The notes below the pieces were generated by a model. It did not search any database, was not told the DNA's origin, and was given only the letters and a program-made list of their open reading frames with translations. Shown here one piece after another: positions 13,103-25,000 of a stretch of 64,000 bases of DNA (positions are counted from its first letter, which is position 1; each line of letters starts with the position of its first letter). The position numbers and the translations under genes are program-made. Origin of the DNA: Narcine bancroftii (taxonomy: Eukaryota); the NCBI RefSeq assembly GCF_036971445.1, contig NC_091479.1, forward strand, positions 15,934,001 to 15,998,000, read 5' to 3'.

Positions 13103-13242
13103 NNNNNNNNNNNNNNNNNNNNNNNNNNNNNNNNNNNNNNNNNNNNNNNNNNNNNNNNNNNNNNNNNNNNNNNNNNNNNNNNNNNNNNNNNNNNNNNNNN
13201 NNNNNNNNNNNNNNNNNNNNNNNNNNNNNNNNNNNNNNNNNN
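13103..13242. other. Assembly gap (140 N)
   Basis: Run of N. Confidence 1.
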
Positions 13243-16200
13243 TATTAAGGATGTTTCTGGTACACTGGTAATAAGCTGCCAGAATCGGTGATAGGTTCCA
13301 TCTGTTACAGACGGCTAGCTGAATAGATGTAGAATGCTGCACGCTTACAAAGTGGGAAATGTCGAGCGGGGGATCACTCAGAAGTTAAACAGACCTTACA
13401 TAATCTTCCACATCCCCGACAAAGGGCTCAGGTTGATTGCCTTTTGCTTCCTCTGGATGCCGCGTGACCTGCTGAGTTTCTCCAGCACCTGAACCCCAGC
13501 AGTTGCCCATGTTTAACACCTCACACAAATACATCTTTTCCCTTCCAAAACTGAAAAGCTCCATTTCATCCTGCAGAAGGACAGCCACCAAGCCTACAGT
13601 GCGAACACCATGCCTGACGGACGGGATCTTCCGCCACCTGTCCGTCACTGGCTCACCCGGACTTCAGCTGGGTGTGGCAGGCGAGAGCTGGAGGTCGGGC
13701 CAGCTGCACTCAATGCAGTGCCCGTTGCTTGAAAACGCACCGGGGTGTAATTTGGACGGCACGGGCCGAATTGGCCTGTAACAGTGCTATGCGTCTAATT
13801 TAAAAATGGATTTAAACACCGTTTGTTGGTCTGGGCTCCTCCCCCAGCCAGTTTTCCACCTTTCTCTCTCTGAAATGCCCGCCTGCTTATTTTGATTGTA
13901 CCTTGAAGGAGGCCTCAGACCCAAAACATCGGTGATAAATCTTTACCTCCTATGGACGCCACGAGACTGGCTGAGTTCCTCCAGCATTTCTGCTGGTTGG
14001 CACAACTACCCTGCAGACTCTCACCAGCTGTTAGGATTACAGTCGTCACACCGGGGCACAGAGACGCCGTCTCCAAACTTCCCGAGCAGTCCTTGTCAGG
14101 TCAGCAGCACCTGCCATTGCAGCCAAGGTGCTTGGAACTCAGGCTAGGTCCAAAATGCTATCCAGGGGAACAGCAGAATGTCTCATCATTGGGAAGACGA
14201 GACACGTCTTAACCATCCAAGCATTCAACACAGTCAAATCGGATGAAATTGGCACATCCTCCACAGGTCACATATCACGCCTCAACAGTCCTGTGGCGGA
14301 GATAAGCAAAGACTACAGCACGGAAAAAGGCCCTTCAGCCCTTCTTAGCTGTGCCTAGTCCCACACTCCCATCACTCTCTGCTCGATGAAGGTTCCCTTT
14401 GGGCAGCGCAATTGGTGCGATGCCTTTACAGCGCTAGCAACTGGGACCGAACCTGGGTTCGAATCCCGCGCTGTCCGTAAGAACTTTGTACTTTCCCCCT
14501 ACGTCTGCTTGGGTTTCCTCCTGCCCAGGAGCTTCGGTCTCTTCCCACCATTTGAAACGTACCAGGGGTGTCGGTCAATTGGGTGGCGTGGACTCATGGG
14601 CCAAAATGGCCTGCTACCATGCTGTATGTTTAAATTTAATTTAAATTTTTAAATAAATTTAATGTTCTCTTTAAACATTTCCCCCTTCCATGTCCTCTGG
14701 TTCTTGTCTCTTCTATCCTGCCGGGGTGGGGTGGAGAGCGGTGTCCACATCAGCACTGATTTTTTAATTTGATTAAGGACCACCAAGAATCAGGAACCAC
14801 AAGTCCATTATGACAGAATTATACCTTCTCCCTGCAACCAGGACGACATTTCACATCCACTACTGCACAAGTTCCATTAAAAATACAGAGATACTAAAGG
14901 AACTCAACAGGTCTCTCAGCGTCCACATGAGGCAAAGGTTGCCTGCCCAGTGGAGATTTTGTTCCTGATCGCTGTTGGGTATACGTTATGGATTTTGTTT
15001 CTCATCAGGTACATTTTTTTTTAAATATAATGTGGCAAAGTGTTCTGTATGCTGAGCTGCTACAGACGTCGGTGTACATGTTGTGGAATCGGTATGCATG
15101 CTGTCAAGTCAATGTGTATGCGGGGAAGCTGATGTGCACGCCGTGGAGTCGCGTGCAAGACTGACGCCTCCAGGCTGGCATGCTGGGCTCATATACATCA
15201 CGGCTTCTGTCACATGGGCAGGAAGTGATGTCATTGGTGGTGTCATCAGCCCAGATCAAACCCTGTGTTGGATGCAGGTCAATTTCCCGTGTTTTCTACA
15301 GCACGTCCGCCATTTTGGGAGCCACTCATTTTCTCCCTTGGACTCCTTCCCTGCTAATCTCAGTGCCGTCAGTGACAAACAGGTTTCATCGGGATATTGT
15401 GACCATGGAAAAGTGGTATCAGGCAATTGGAAGCCATCAGTGCCAGCCGACTATTGTTGGACACTGACACGAGAGGCATCAGATGCTGAGTATAAATGAA
15501 AATCGGCGGCAAAACATTTTTAGGTCAGTTGAACTAATGCAACGTGTCAGAATCCTGATGCAATTAAACATATTAAATTCAATAGAAGTTAATTTAGTGT
15601 TTCTCCAACTTCTTACGTGATACAGCAAATCTGAAATTACCTCTGTGTTCAGCTTGAACACATAATCCTCTTTTTTTTTTAAAAAGGAAGGAAACCCTTT
15701 TGAGAAAAAATTCTTGTCCAATGTTATCAACTTTTCAGGCCTGAGTCCTTCTGCAAGGGTTACTTATTAAAACCTGTCAATCAAAAGAATGGTCACCCCT
15801 CTAAATTCCTCTGCCTGCGGCCAGCTCTCTGTCTCCAACTAATTCAAGCAATTGTAGAAGGTCAATTACCAGTGGCATTTGGAAAGTGTTCAATCACTTC
15901 TCATTTGCAATGCCTGTCGAGACTGGTTTGCCTCCCAAAATACGAATAAATTGCTATTTAAACCATCAGAAAGTTGCCAGACTAACTCTCATTTATCAGC
16001 TACATGTGTTCCATCAGCTGCCGCTCGTTCCACGTGCAGACTTCAAGGAGAGCGTGCAAACACCACACAGGCAGCTGCAGAGGACAGGATTTCTGATTTC
16101 ACTGCACTGGAATTACTCCCTTCCTGTTCAAGAATTGTGGTGAGAGAGGGTCTCGACCAGAAATGTTGCTCTCCCTCGATGCTGCCCGACCCACTGACTT

Positions 16201-16282
16201 CTCTTTGATTCATCCTGAGACATCTACCACAATTTTTATTAGGTTCTGCGTCAGCCTCTCCTTTCTCCTCAATGTATCCTTT

Positions 16283-16580
16283 AGCCGCTTTCAGGTGCTC
16301 GGACGCAGATAATGCGTAGAAAAGATGCCTTTCTGGACACCTGAACGTGCCGGCTGAAGGAGAGCCACGTCCGAGCGAGAGCCGGCTCCCGTGGACTGTG
16401 GCCATTGTCCCACTGCTGCTTTCACGGGGATTCTCGGAGCCGGAGATTATACCTACAGGAGGAGGGCTAAGTAAGTGCTCCTCCTGGCTGGGTTCTCCAC
16501 TTTCAGGTGGCCACCCGACAGCCGCATTGGGGTAGAATAGGAGGCTTTACAGTCGGGTATTCTGGCCACCTGAAAGTGCC
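16283..16580. mobile_element. PIF/Harbinger-like MITE
   Basis: Inverted ends GCCGCTTTCAGGTG / CACCTGAAAGTGCC. Confidence 0.45.
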
Positions 16581-17124
16581 TCTTCAGTTTCTATCTCCTT
16601 GAATAGATCAATAATCACATCTATCTTGTCATGTCCAACAATCAATCAGTTCAATACATTTTGGTACATTTTCATCAATCTACAGCTATTTCCCACGTCC
16701 GAGTTCCGTTCTGACCAACCGGTCGGATCTCAAAATGGACGCAAGTCAGATGTACGTTCGCATGTAGAAGTCGTACATCTCTATGGCATTCTTTGCTATT
16801 TAATCCAGCTCAAAAAATTCATTAGATTTACTTGAATAATGCACGCTTACCGAATGGCAACAGAGAGAGATGCTGTGATGTACACAATGTTGGGATATCG
16901 TCTGACGGTCACTATCGTATGCACGCAGCCATTAGCTCTGGTAGACGAATGACCCGCCATTAGCTCTGGTAGACGAATGACCCAATGTCATTTTTATATT
17001 TACATATATATTTTTCTTTATTTTTAAAATTTATAGAGTTTTTTTTCATGTCATATGTAAGTCACATTGGTCGTATGTAGGGGAGAGGCTACAACATCCA
17101 TTTTAGAGGTAATAAGCAAATCAG

Positions 17125-17415
17125 GGTTATTAATGATCACTGCATCCCTTTGTGGCGCACTCAACATCGAGAGACCAGATGCAGGCCGGGAGACTGCCTT
17201 GCTGAGCACCTTCGGTCTATCCACATCAATTGGGGGGACATACCGGTGGCCAACCACTTCAGCTCTGCACCCCACTCCCGCGCTTCATGCCTTACCTCGA
17301 CAACGTCCCAACAACAGATGCAACGCAAAGCACGTCAAGATAGCAAAGCACATCCTTGGGGCTCGTGATGGGCAAGGAGTGGAGACGAGTTCAGATGAGA
17401 TCCGTTTCTGACGAT
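17125..17415 (+). mobile_element. Penelope-like GIY-YIG endonuclease remnant
   Basis: ETRCRPGDCLAEHLRSI..PVANHFSS matches the PLE GIY-YIG region (YIGET.R.L..RF.EHLRS..PVA.HF). Confidence 0.7.
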
Positions 17416-17430
17416 GCCAGATTCCAACAA

Positions 17431-17461
<31 letters not shown>

Positions 17462-19185
17462 ACCACGTGCCTATGGGTGGGATGGGGAGGATAAATAAAC
17501 AAGCGTTGGTCAAAAGCAATAATGCAGTCACTCAGTGAAAATTCAATGTCTTGGTCAACACCAGTGGTGTCAACTAGGAGTTGATGCCACCCACCTGCCA
17601 CCCCATATATAGTTCTAAATAGAATAATGTGATATAGTTGCAAATCGCTTAAATGTAATATTTCTCAGATTATATAGAACATTAAAAAATTATTTTGTAA
17701 AATCTTTGTACAACATTATTAGTAAACAGAGCAGAATTTTTTTTTAAAATTCTTCTGCTTTTCCTTTAATAACTACTTTATTCTCAAAAACGTTACTGAT
17801 ACAGGTTCACAAATACTAATGACCACAATATTGTGGCTAAAACACCAGAAAATTTGACAAAAGCAGCGACTAGAAAAACACCGACAGCAACAAAAATAAC
17901 AGCGCATGTTGGTGGTGTGCGCAGACGAAACCACGGGATTTGAAGGGTCGTTGTTATTGGGGAATAACGAGAGCTCTGACCAGAAGGGTCAAAAAGTAAA
18001 TGAGCGTCGAGTTTTAGCCTCGTAGGGATAATGATACATACAAGTTGGTCTTACGAAAAATGCTCTTTTGTTTTAACTGACGACAGGGATATTTTTATAA
18101 AAAATAATGAATTCCTGCTGAAACACTGCACAAACATTTTATAGACAGTCATTCTGGTGTCATCCCCTCTGATGGGGGTCACCCAGTGCGGTCCGCACCC
18201 CCACTGGTGGCGCCAGTGGTCAACGCAGTGACTGCAGACCATTGCAGGAGGGACTGGCAGCAGATGGCCTACACAGCCTCTCGTCGCCTGGCGTTGGATG
18301 TGACCGGAGCTCGCAGCTGGGGAGAGCTGTGCCACCAGGCGAAGACAGGGACAGACAGCAGCTTCCACCACCTTCAACTGGAGAGGACCTCTAGGATCTG
18401 GGCGTTCTGTCAGCAGGACAGGGGAGGCAACAATTCAGGGGGTCAGAGATTGTGACAGATGGAGAGACGTAATCACCCACACTGAATAGCAAGGCACCTG
18501 AATGCTTAAACCCTGTCTGATGTTTTGCAGCTACCAGCCCACACAATGATGCAGTCGGACAGGACTCTCTCAATTGTGTTCCGGTAAACTGCCTTAGATA
18601 GTGTGGGTACCCCATCTGAAGCCACGCTTTCTGTCCAGTGGGGAACCTCAGCCATCAGGGTCTTTTCCCCCCCCCACCCCTTTCCTTAGTTGCAATGGGA
18701 ACATCAGCCAGCCTTCCCCCGAGATTTCTGCTCCCACTTACGAATAGCAAAGCACCCTCAGCACAAATGGACTCTCACCATCTTCTAAAGTGAAGGCCAG
18801 ATTACCCACTGAATCCCCATCTCTCCCAAGCCCCCTCGATCCCACCTCTGGTTGTGATGTCAGAGTGCGGTCCCTCTTAAGACTAGCTTTGACTAGCACC
18901 CATTTAATTCGGTAGATTTGACTGCTATTCTACATCATGAAACAATGGTATAATGGATAAACCATCTCAAATTTTGGCCCATTGTCCCATCTCACAGGTA
19001 AGAGGTCGAAGGTGGGAGGGTCGAGGAGAAGTGGGGCAGTACGGTCGGCGTTGCAGTTAGCGCAAAGCTAAGATTTTCTTGTTGTGTCCTCATAAAACCC
19101 CTGGCATCCGGTGCCCATAGGGATTGGTAGATGGGAGCTTTCCAGTTGCTTGAGACTTACTCTTCCAATGCCTAGCATTAAGAAT

Positions 19186-19598
19186 TACTGTATATTTTTC
19201 CATACAAGTCAACCTTCAGAGAAGTTCGGTCCCCATTTTCGTGCTTTTATCATATATAGGACGTACAAGTTGATTTCCCCACCCCCCCCACCGGAAAGAA
19301 ATTGCGTTGGGCGTGGCCAGAAGGTGGGTGTTTATCATGGAGCCTCCAGCAAAATGAGGAAAGCGTGAAGCGAGTTTTAAGTTAGAAGTGGCCCAAAAAA
19401 AAAACCCAGCAAATGTGTAGCTGCAAGAAAATTTGCTGCATGTTGGGTTTTTTTTGGTGTTTCGGGTCGTCCCTTGTACGTCGAGTGGGGGTTTTTTTTT
19501 AGTTGAATTTAAGGTGTCATTTTTGTACCTGGCGTACAAGTCGACCCCTGATTTTTGAAGGTTTTAAGACTCGACCCATACATCGAAATATACGGTAA
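19186..19598. mobile_element. pogo/Tigger-like MITE
   Basis: Inverted ends TACTGTATATTTTTCCATACAAGTC / GACCCATACATCGAAATATACGGTA. Confidence 0.5.
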
Positions 19599-21559
19599 CT
19601 GTCGGGGGGAAAAACAATCAGCACTGTGGTCCTGAATCGTGTAAAGTTCGCTTTAATCAGGCAATTCCCTCGATTTAACCTTGCTTCTGGTCTGGACCCC
19701 TACAGGTGCAGACCCAAACTGTTCAGAACGCCATTGACCCTCACCGACAACACAGACCTTATCCAGTAACTCCCAGACCCGCGACGCACCGCGCATGCCC
19801 GGCAACACAGAGTTCCGATACGCTGCCCCTAATCTCCGCGCCGCCTGAACCTGCAGCTGCAGTGCCGCACGTCAGGGACTCCAGTGCTCCCGACGTAAGA
19901 AAAAAATTGGTAGTCCCGCGCCATCTTGTGGTGGCACAGGGGTAATACTCAGCCGGGCTGGAGTCCTTTGCTACTTGGGTGGCTGTCCAGTCGACTCCAA
20001 GGATTCCATTTGATAAGTAGGCCTCACTTCTTCTAAACTTTTAAAGTGAAGTTTCTTCTAAATCTGTCTTCGATTTCTTTGTATTAGCTGCCATTACAGT
20101 CTTTAAAAATTCAGATAACTTCAAATTAAACTTTTAAAACTTTTCCAAGAATTTAAATTCAGGGCTTTTTTAGTCTTTTTCCTCCTTCGCCATCAGGCCA
20201 CGCCGCCAATCAGGCAATACCCGTAACTTCCAAAATTTACATTTGAACCCCGGTGGCTTGAATTCCAGAAACAGGGCTTTTACCATATAAATTAGCCATT
20301 CTCAACCCTTTTCTTTTTGGCTGTAGCCGCCCGGAGGACTCTGCCCAAAGTTTAGGGAATGGAGTGCGAATAAAAACTCTCACCAATGGAGGAAAAACAA
20401 ACACTTTTATTCGCTTATAACTAAGGGTAGGGTCTCACAGCGGTCTTCGTAAGAGTTCTGGGTTTAGGCAGGAAACTACGGTTATAGGTGAGCAGTTGGG
20501 GGTAGAGCCGGTCCTCAGCACAACACCCTAACCCGTGAATCCCAGTTCACTGCAGGGGTCCCCTTCCCTGTGAAGCAGTGAAGTTTAGTTGGTTTCTTCC
20601 ATACTTCTCTCCTACTGACTGCATTTCAGTCTGTGCTCTCCCCCCACCCGTCTTAAATATGCTGTGACCCCCAATTAGAATGGCTGCTTAAAATACACCA
20701 CTCTCCTCTGCCAAAGCACCACGGAAGGCACTCTCACTCATACATTCCGGTGCTTCTAAATATATCACATTGCTGGTTTCTTCAGCACAGGAGTTTGAAC
20801 TTGCATCGTCTCTCTCCAAGCAGATGGCATTAACGTACACTGCAGCGCACGTGCCGCGGCAAGAGTGGAAGGAAGACACACGCACATGAGGAGTCGAAGT
20901 CAAATTGCACTGGCAGCTCTGCTTTTATAGGGGTCCCTGGCGCTGACTTCAGGCCCCCTCGTCATCGGAGCACTGACCTGGGGTTTCTGCCAGAGTTCCT
21001 CGCCTTCCTGCCGCGCTGAGGTCACCTGGGATGACGCGGTGGCCGGCAATTTTGCAGGTCGGTTTGCGTCTCCAAGCGCAGGCCGCGACAACACTTCTAA
21101 TTTCCATTAACCCCCCCAACTCTCAAATTTTTCTCCTTCCCAACCCCTTTCCTCCAGCCCCGTTCCCTCTCCAATCATTTTTTTTTTAATTTAGACAGAC
21201 AGCGCAGTAAAAGGCCCTTATGGCCCACAAACCACCCAATTGAGCCCCAGTATATTTTTGAAACCCACAGGGACACTGGGAGAACGTACAAACTCCTTTC
21301 AGACAGCGTGGGATTCGAACCCCGGCTTTGCACGAACCGCAACGCCGACCGTACTGCCCCAAAGGAGCTACCCACTTCTCCTCGACCCTCCCACCTTCGA
21401 CCTCTTACCTGTGAGATGGGACAATGGGCTTCTTCTTGCCGATGTTTTGGACTTTCAGCTACAATTAACAACTCCGAACATCATGAGTCCCAACAACAAT
21501 TTGGCAAGTCCTCTTCCTGAGAACGTGCCTCTGACTTGTGGGCCAAAATCACAAGAACA

Positions 21560-22070
21560 CAAGACAAAGGAACAGAACCAGGCCATTAGGCCCATCGGGT
21601 CTGTTCCGTAAATCTGCACTAAGCTACTCTACACTAGTTCCAATTTCTGGCCTTTTCCCCATATCCCTCAATGCCCTCACTAATGAGATACTTGTCTATT
21701 TCTTGTTTAAATGCTCCCAGTGATCTGGCCTCCACTGCTGTATGCGGCAGCGAGCTCCACAGATCTACGACCCTCTGGCTAAAGGAGTTCTTCCTAATCT
21801 CTGTTTTATATGGAGAACCTCTCATTTCCAGACTATGACCCCTTGTCCTCGATTCATCCACCAAGGGAAACATCTTACCTGCATCCGCCCTATCTAAACC
21901 TTTCAAAATACGAAATGCCTTTATGAGATCTCCTCTCATTCTCCTAAACTCCAATGAATACAACCTAAGGGCTGCCAAACGCTCCTCGTACATCAGCCCT
22001 TGCATTCCGGGAATCATCCTAGTAAATCTTCCTCTGCCCCCTCTCCAACAACATCACATCCTTTCTAAGG
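21560..22070 (-). mobile_element. CR1/HER1-type LINE 3' end
   Basis: MIPGMQGLMYEERL..LYSLEFRRMRGDLI..TRGHSL..FSQRVVDLW. Confidence 0.9.
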
Positions 22071-25000
22071 GGCCAAAAATGGCCTGTTACCATGCAGCAC
22101 GTCTATTTTTTTTAATTAAAAATCATTTCCTTAAGAAATCTGAAAATCAACCCTTCCTCATTGAACCCAACCCCTGTGGCAAAAATAAAAATCAAACCAC
22201 AGCCTAGTGTATCCCATAAATCACAGTCCAATGGAACAGTTTCGAGGCTTCTCTTGTTCTATATTTATCTCTGACACTGAAGGCGGCTACTGGTCGATCC
22301 ATGTGGGCTCAGACACATATAATTCCACCAGTTTCACTGGAACCTGTTCTCCCAACTAGAGGCTCCCCTTCGTACAAAGGAAAGATATTTTCTGGACATG
22401 GCAATAACTGGAATCTTGAATCCAGAATTCTCTCAGTCTTTGAGCATTCCTGCTACAGTTTCTCATCATGAAGGTCGTGTTATAGTTCAGTACTCCATCC
22501 CAAAGACAGTCAGTGCATCACACACCCAGTATTACACTGGAATTCTGAATCAGAATTTATTGCCATCAACGCATCACGAAACCCATTGTTTTCCGGCCAC
22601 ATCACAGGTGAAAACATTGATATGAATTACATTTAATGAATTAGTGCAAAAGAGAAGCTGAGGTAGGGCATTTGTGGTTCATTGTTCATTCTGAAATCTG
22701 ATGGCGGGGGCGGGAAGCTGTCCTTGTGCCGCATCAGAGTGACGTGGGCAAAGTGGTGGTCCTTGAGGATAAAGGCTGCTTTCTTAAGACACCGCCTCTC
22801 GATGGAGTGAAGTCTGGTGCCCGTGATGCTGTGGGCCGAGTTCACAACTCTCTGTGGCCTCTTCCCATCCTGCGCGTTGGCACCTCCCTACCAGACAGGA
22901 ATGCAACCGGGCAGAATGCTCTCCTCGGTCCACCGGTGAAAATTTGCAAGTCTTCGGTGCCAAACCAAATCTCAAACTTCTCTCAATGCTGGCGAGCCGC
23001 CTTGGTGGTCATATCGACGTGGCAAACAGCATCAGAAGGACAGCTACAGTATCACAATATGTTCTAAACATGTGGAAGCTGAAGAAATGCGCGGACTCTC
23101 ACATGTGCATGTAGTGGACTGATGCAGGCATAATCAAATCGATGGGTTAAAATCCTAACCAGAACATCCCCTCATGTTCTGCCGATGTCACTTGGAAGAT
23201 TTACAGAAAAATCCTCCAAAAAGGCGGTGGAAACACTCAACAGGTCAGATAGTATCTGTGGAGAGAGAACTCTTGGGGCAAGAGAGCAGGTCGGTGGTGG
23301 TGGGGGGTGGGGGCCAGGCCAATCCTTTGCCAACCTGAAAGGGAAAGAGAGGCAAATACACATCTGGTGGCAGAATCTTATTTGAATCGAAGCTTGAGAA
23401 ATTACACCTCACCCTCCATCTGGGCACTTGGCCACATTCCAGACTCAACATCATATCCTCCAGTTGTTGGAAATACTTCATCACTCTCTGCATCAGAACT
23501 GCCGGCCATTCCGCGAGGAATTCAGCGCTATCGGGCACAACCTATTGCTCGGCAATCAGTTAAACACAGCTCAGGCCATCACCCGTCCCAACGGAAATAT
23601 AAACCCATTTGGTCTCATCCTATCAGAGTTACTTCCCATGTTCGAAGAGTCCCTCAAGCCCCCTTGCGACTCATCCCTCCTCGATCTTCCCTGCAAATGA
23701 AAACCAACTGGTTTCCTCTCCCCGCCCCCCCTCCCACCCCCCCCAATTTCTGGTGCAGCAGACCTGAAATGTTCAGTGACCCTCTCCACAAATAATGCCT
23801 CAGCGGACATTTAATTTTATGAAATGACATTGGAATGTTAATACTGAGGCCTTGCTCCCATTTGTCAAACCTTTTTAAACACAATCCTTCACCGGGGGGG
23901 GTGGGAGCTGAATTTCAACTGGTTTGTGTGCGACCTTCATAGGACGCACCAGAATATATTTTTTTTGTCTGAAGCATTGTCATTTCAACAGCACAGCTCG
24001 TGTAGCAGTTAGCACAATGCTGTCACGCTCCAGTGATAGGGAGCCGGGTTCAAATCCCACACTGTCTCTAAGGAGTTTGGACGTTCTCCCCATGACTGGG
24101 TGGGTTTCCTCCCACCGTTCGAAACGTACTGGGGATTGTAGGTTAATTGGGTGGCACAGGCTTGTGGGCCAAAAGGGGCTATTACCATGCTGTATATCTA
24201 AAACGAAACTTGTGTAACTTCACCAATTTGGCTCTCACGGGGTGTTGGGGGGGGGGGGGGGCAGGTTTGAACATGGTAATCGGATTCAGTGAAGGGGACT
24301 GTTGGCAGAGATGCAGGAGAAAGCTACAAGTCTGAAATGAAAATGCAATGGGCTGGAAATACTCAACAGGTCAGGCAGAATCTGCAGAGAAACGAAAATA
24401 AACTCTTCAGGTTGAAGCCCCCTTCACCGGTAGTGGGAGAGAGAACAGGCAAGTTGCACATTGGAGTGAGGGATGGATAGGATGAGGGGAAGCCCAGAGA
24501 GGGTGAGGTCAGAATGACCTTGGTGGTCAGCATAAAATTATGCCAGCGACCTAGATTCGTAAGGATTCTGTCTGTGTTTTCTCCAGATAAGCAGTCTGGA
24601 GGATGGGGGAGGGGGGGGGGGGTCCAAGGAACAATCCTTTGGAATCCTGAAAGGGAGGGAGAAGGAAATGTGCGTCTGGCGGTGGAACCTTATTTCAACC
24701 AAAGTCTGAGAAACGACACCTCATCCTCCGTCTGAGCTCTGCGGTATTCCCGACTCAACATCCAATGGTCCATTTGTGGGCAACACTTCCCCCCCCCCCC
24801 CTCCCCATTCTCTGCATCAGAACTGACCTCCTCTGCTGGTCATTCCGTCGGGAATTCAGCCCATTAGTTTGGTCTGGCCTGTTAGTGACTTCGTCACCTA
24901 GGCGGCACAGGCTCATGGGCCGGAAGACACCTGTTACTGTACTATATCTCCAAATCAAATTAAAAACAGATGTGCCCTGCTCTGCCAAGTATTTTTTTGG

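Noticed and set aside
17800-17910. Hydrophobic minus-strand frame AVIFVAVGVFLVAAFVKF as a leader or TM exon
   Set aside because: No in-frame ATG or suitable splice sites found; explained by T-rich composition.
19690-20554. Possible L1 5' remnant (19690-20215, minus) and short LTR (20360-20554)
   Set aside because: Only suggestive: no convincing TSD or diagnostic protein motif, so not listed as features.
20839-20887. MCVCLPSTLAAARALQ + T|GTACGT as the CD276 leader exon
   Set aside because: Splicing to the IgV exon (which starts GA) would create a TGA stop, and the hydrophobic core is poor.
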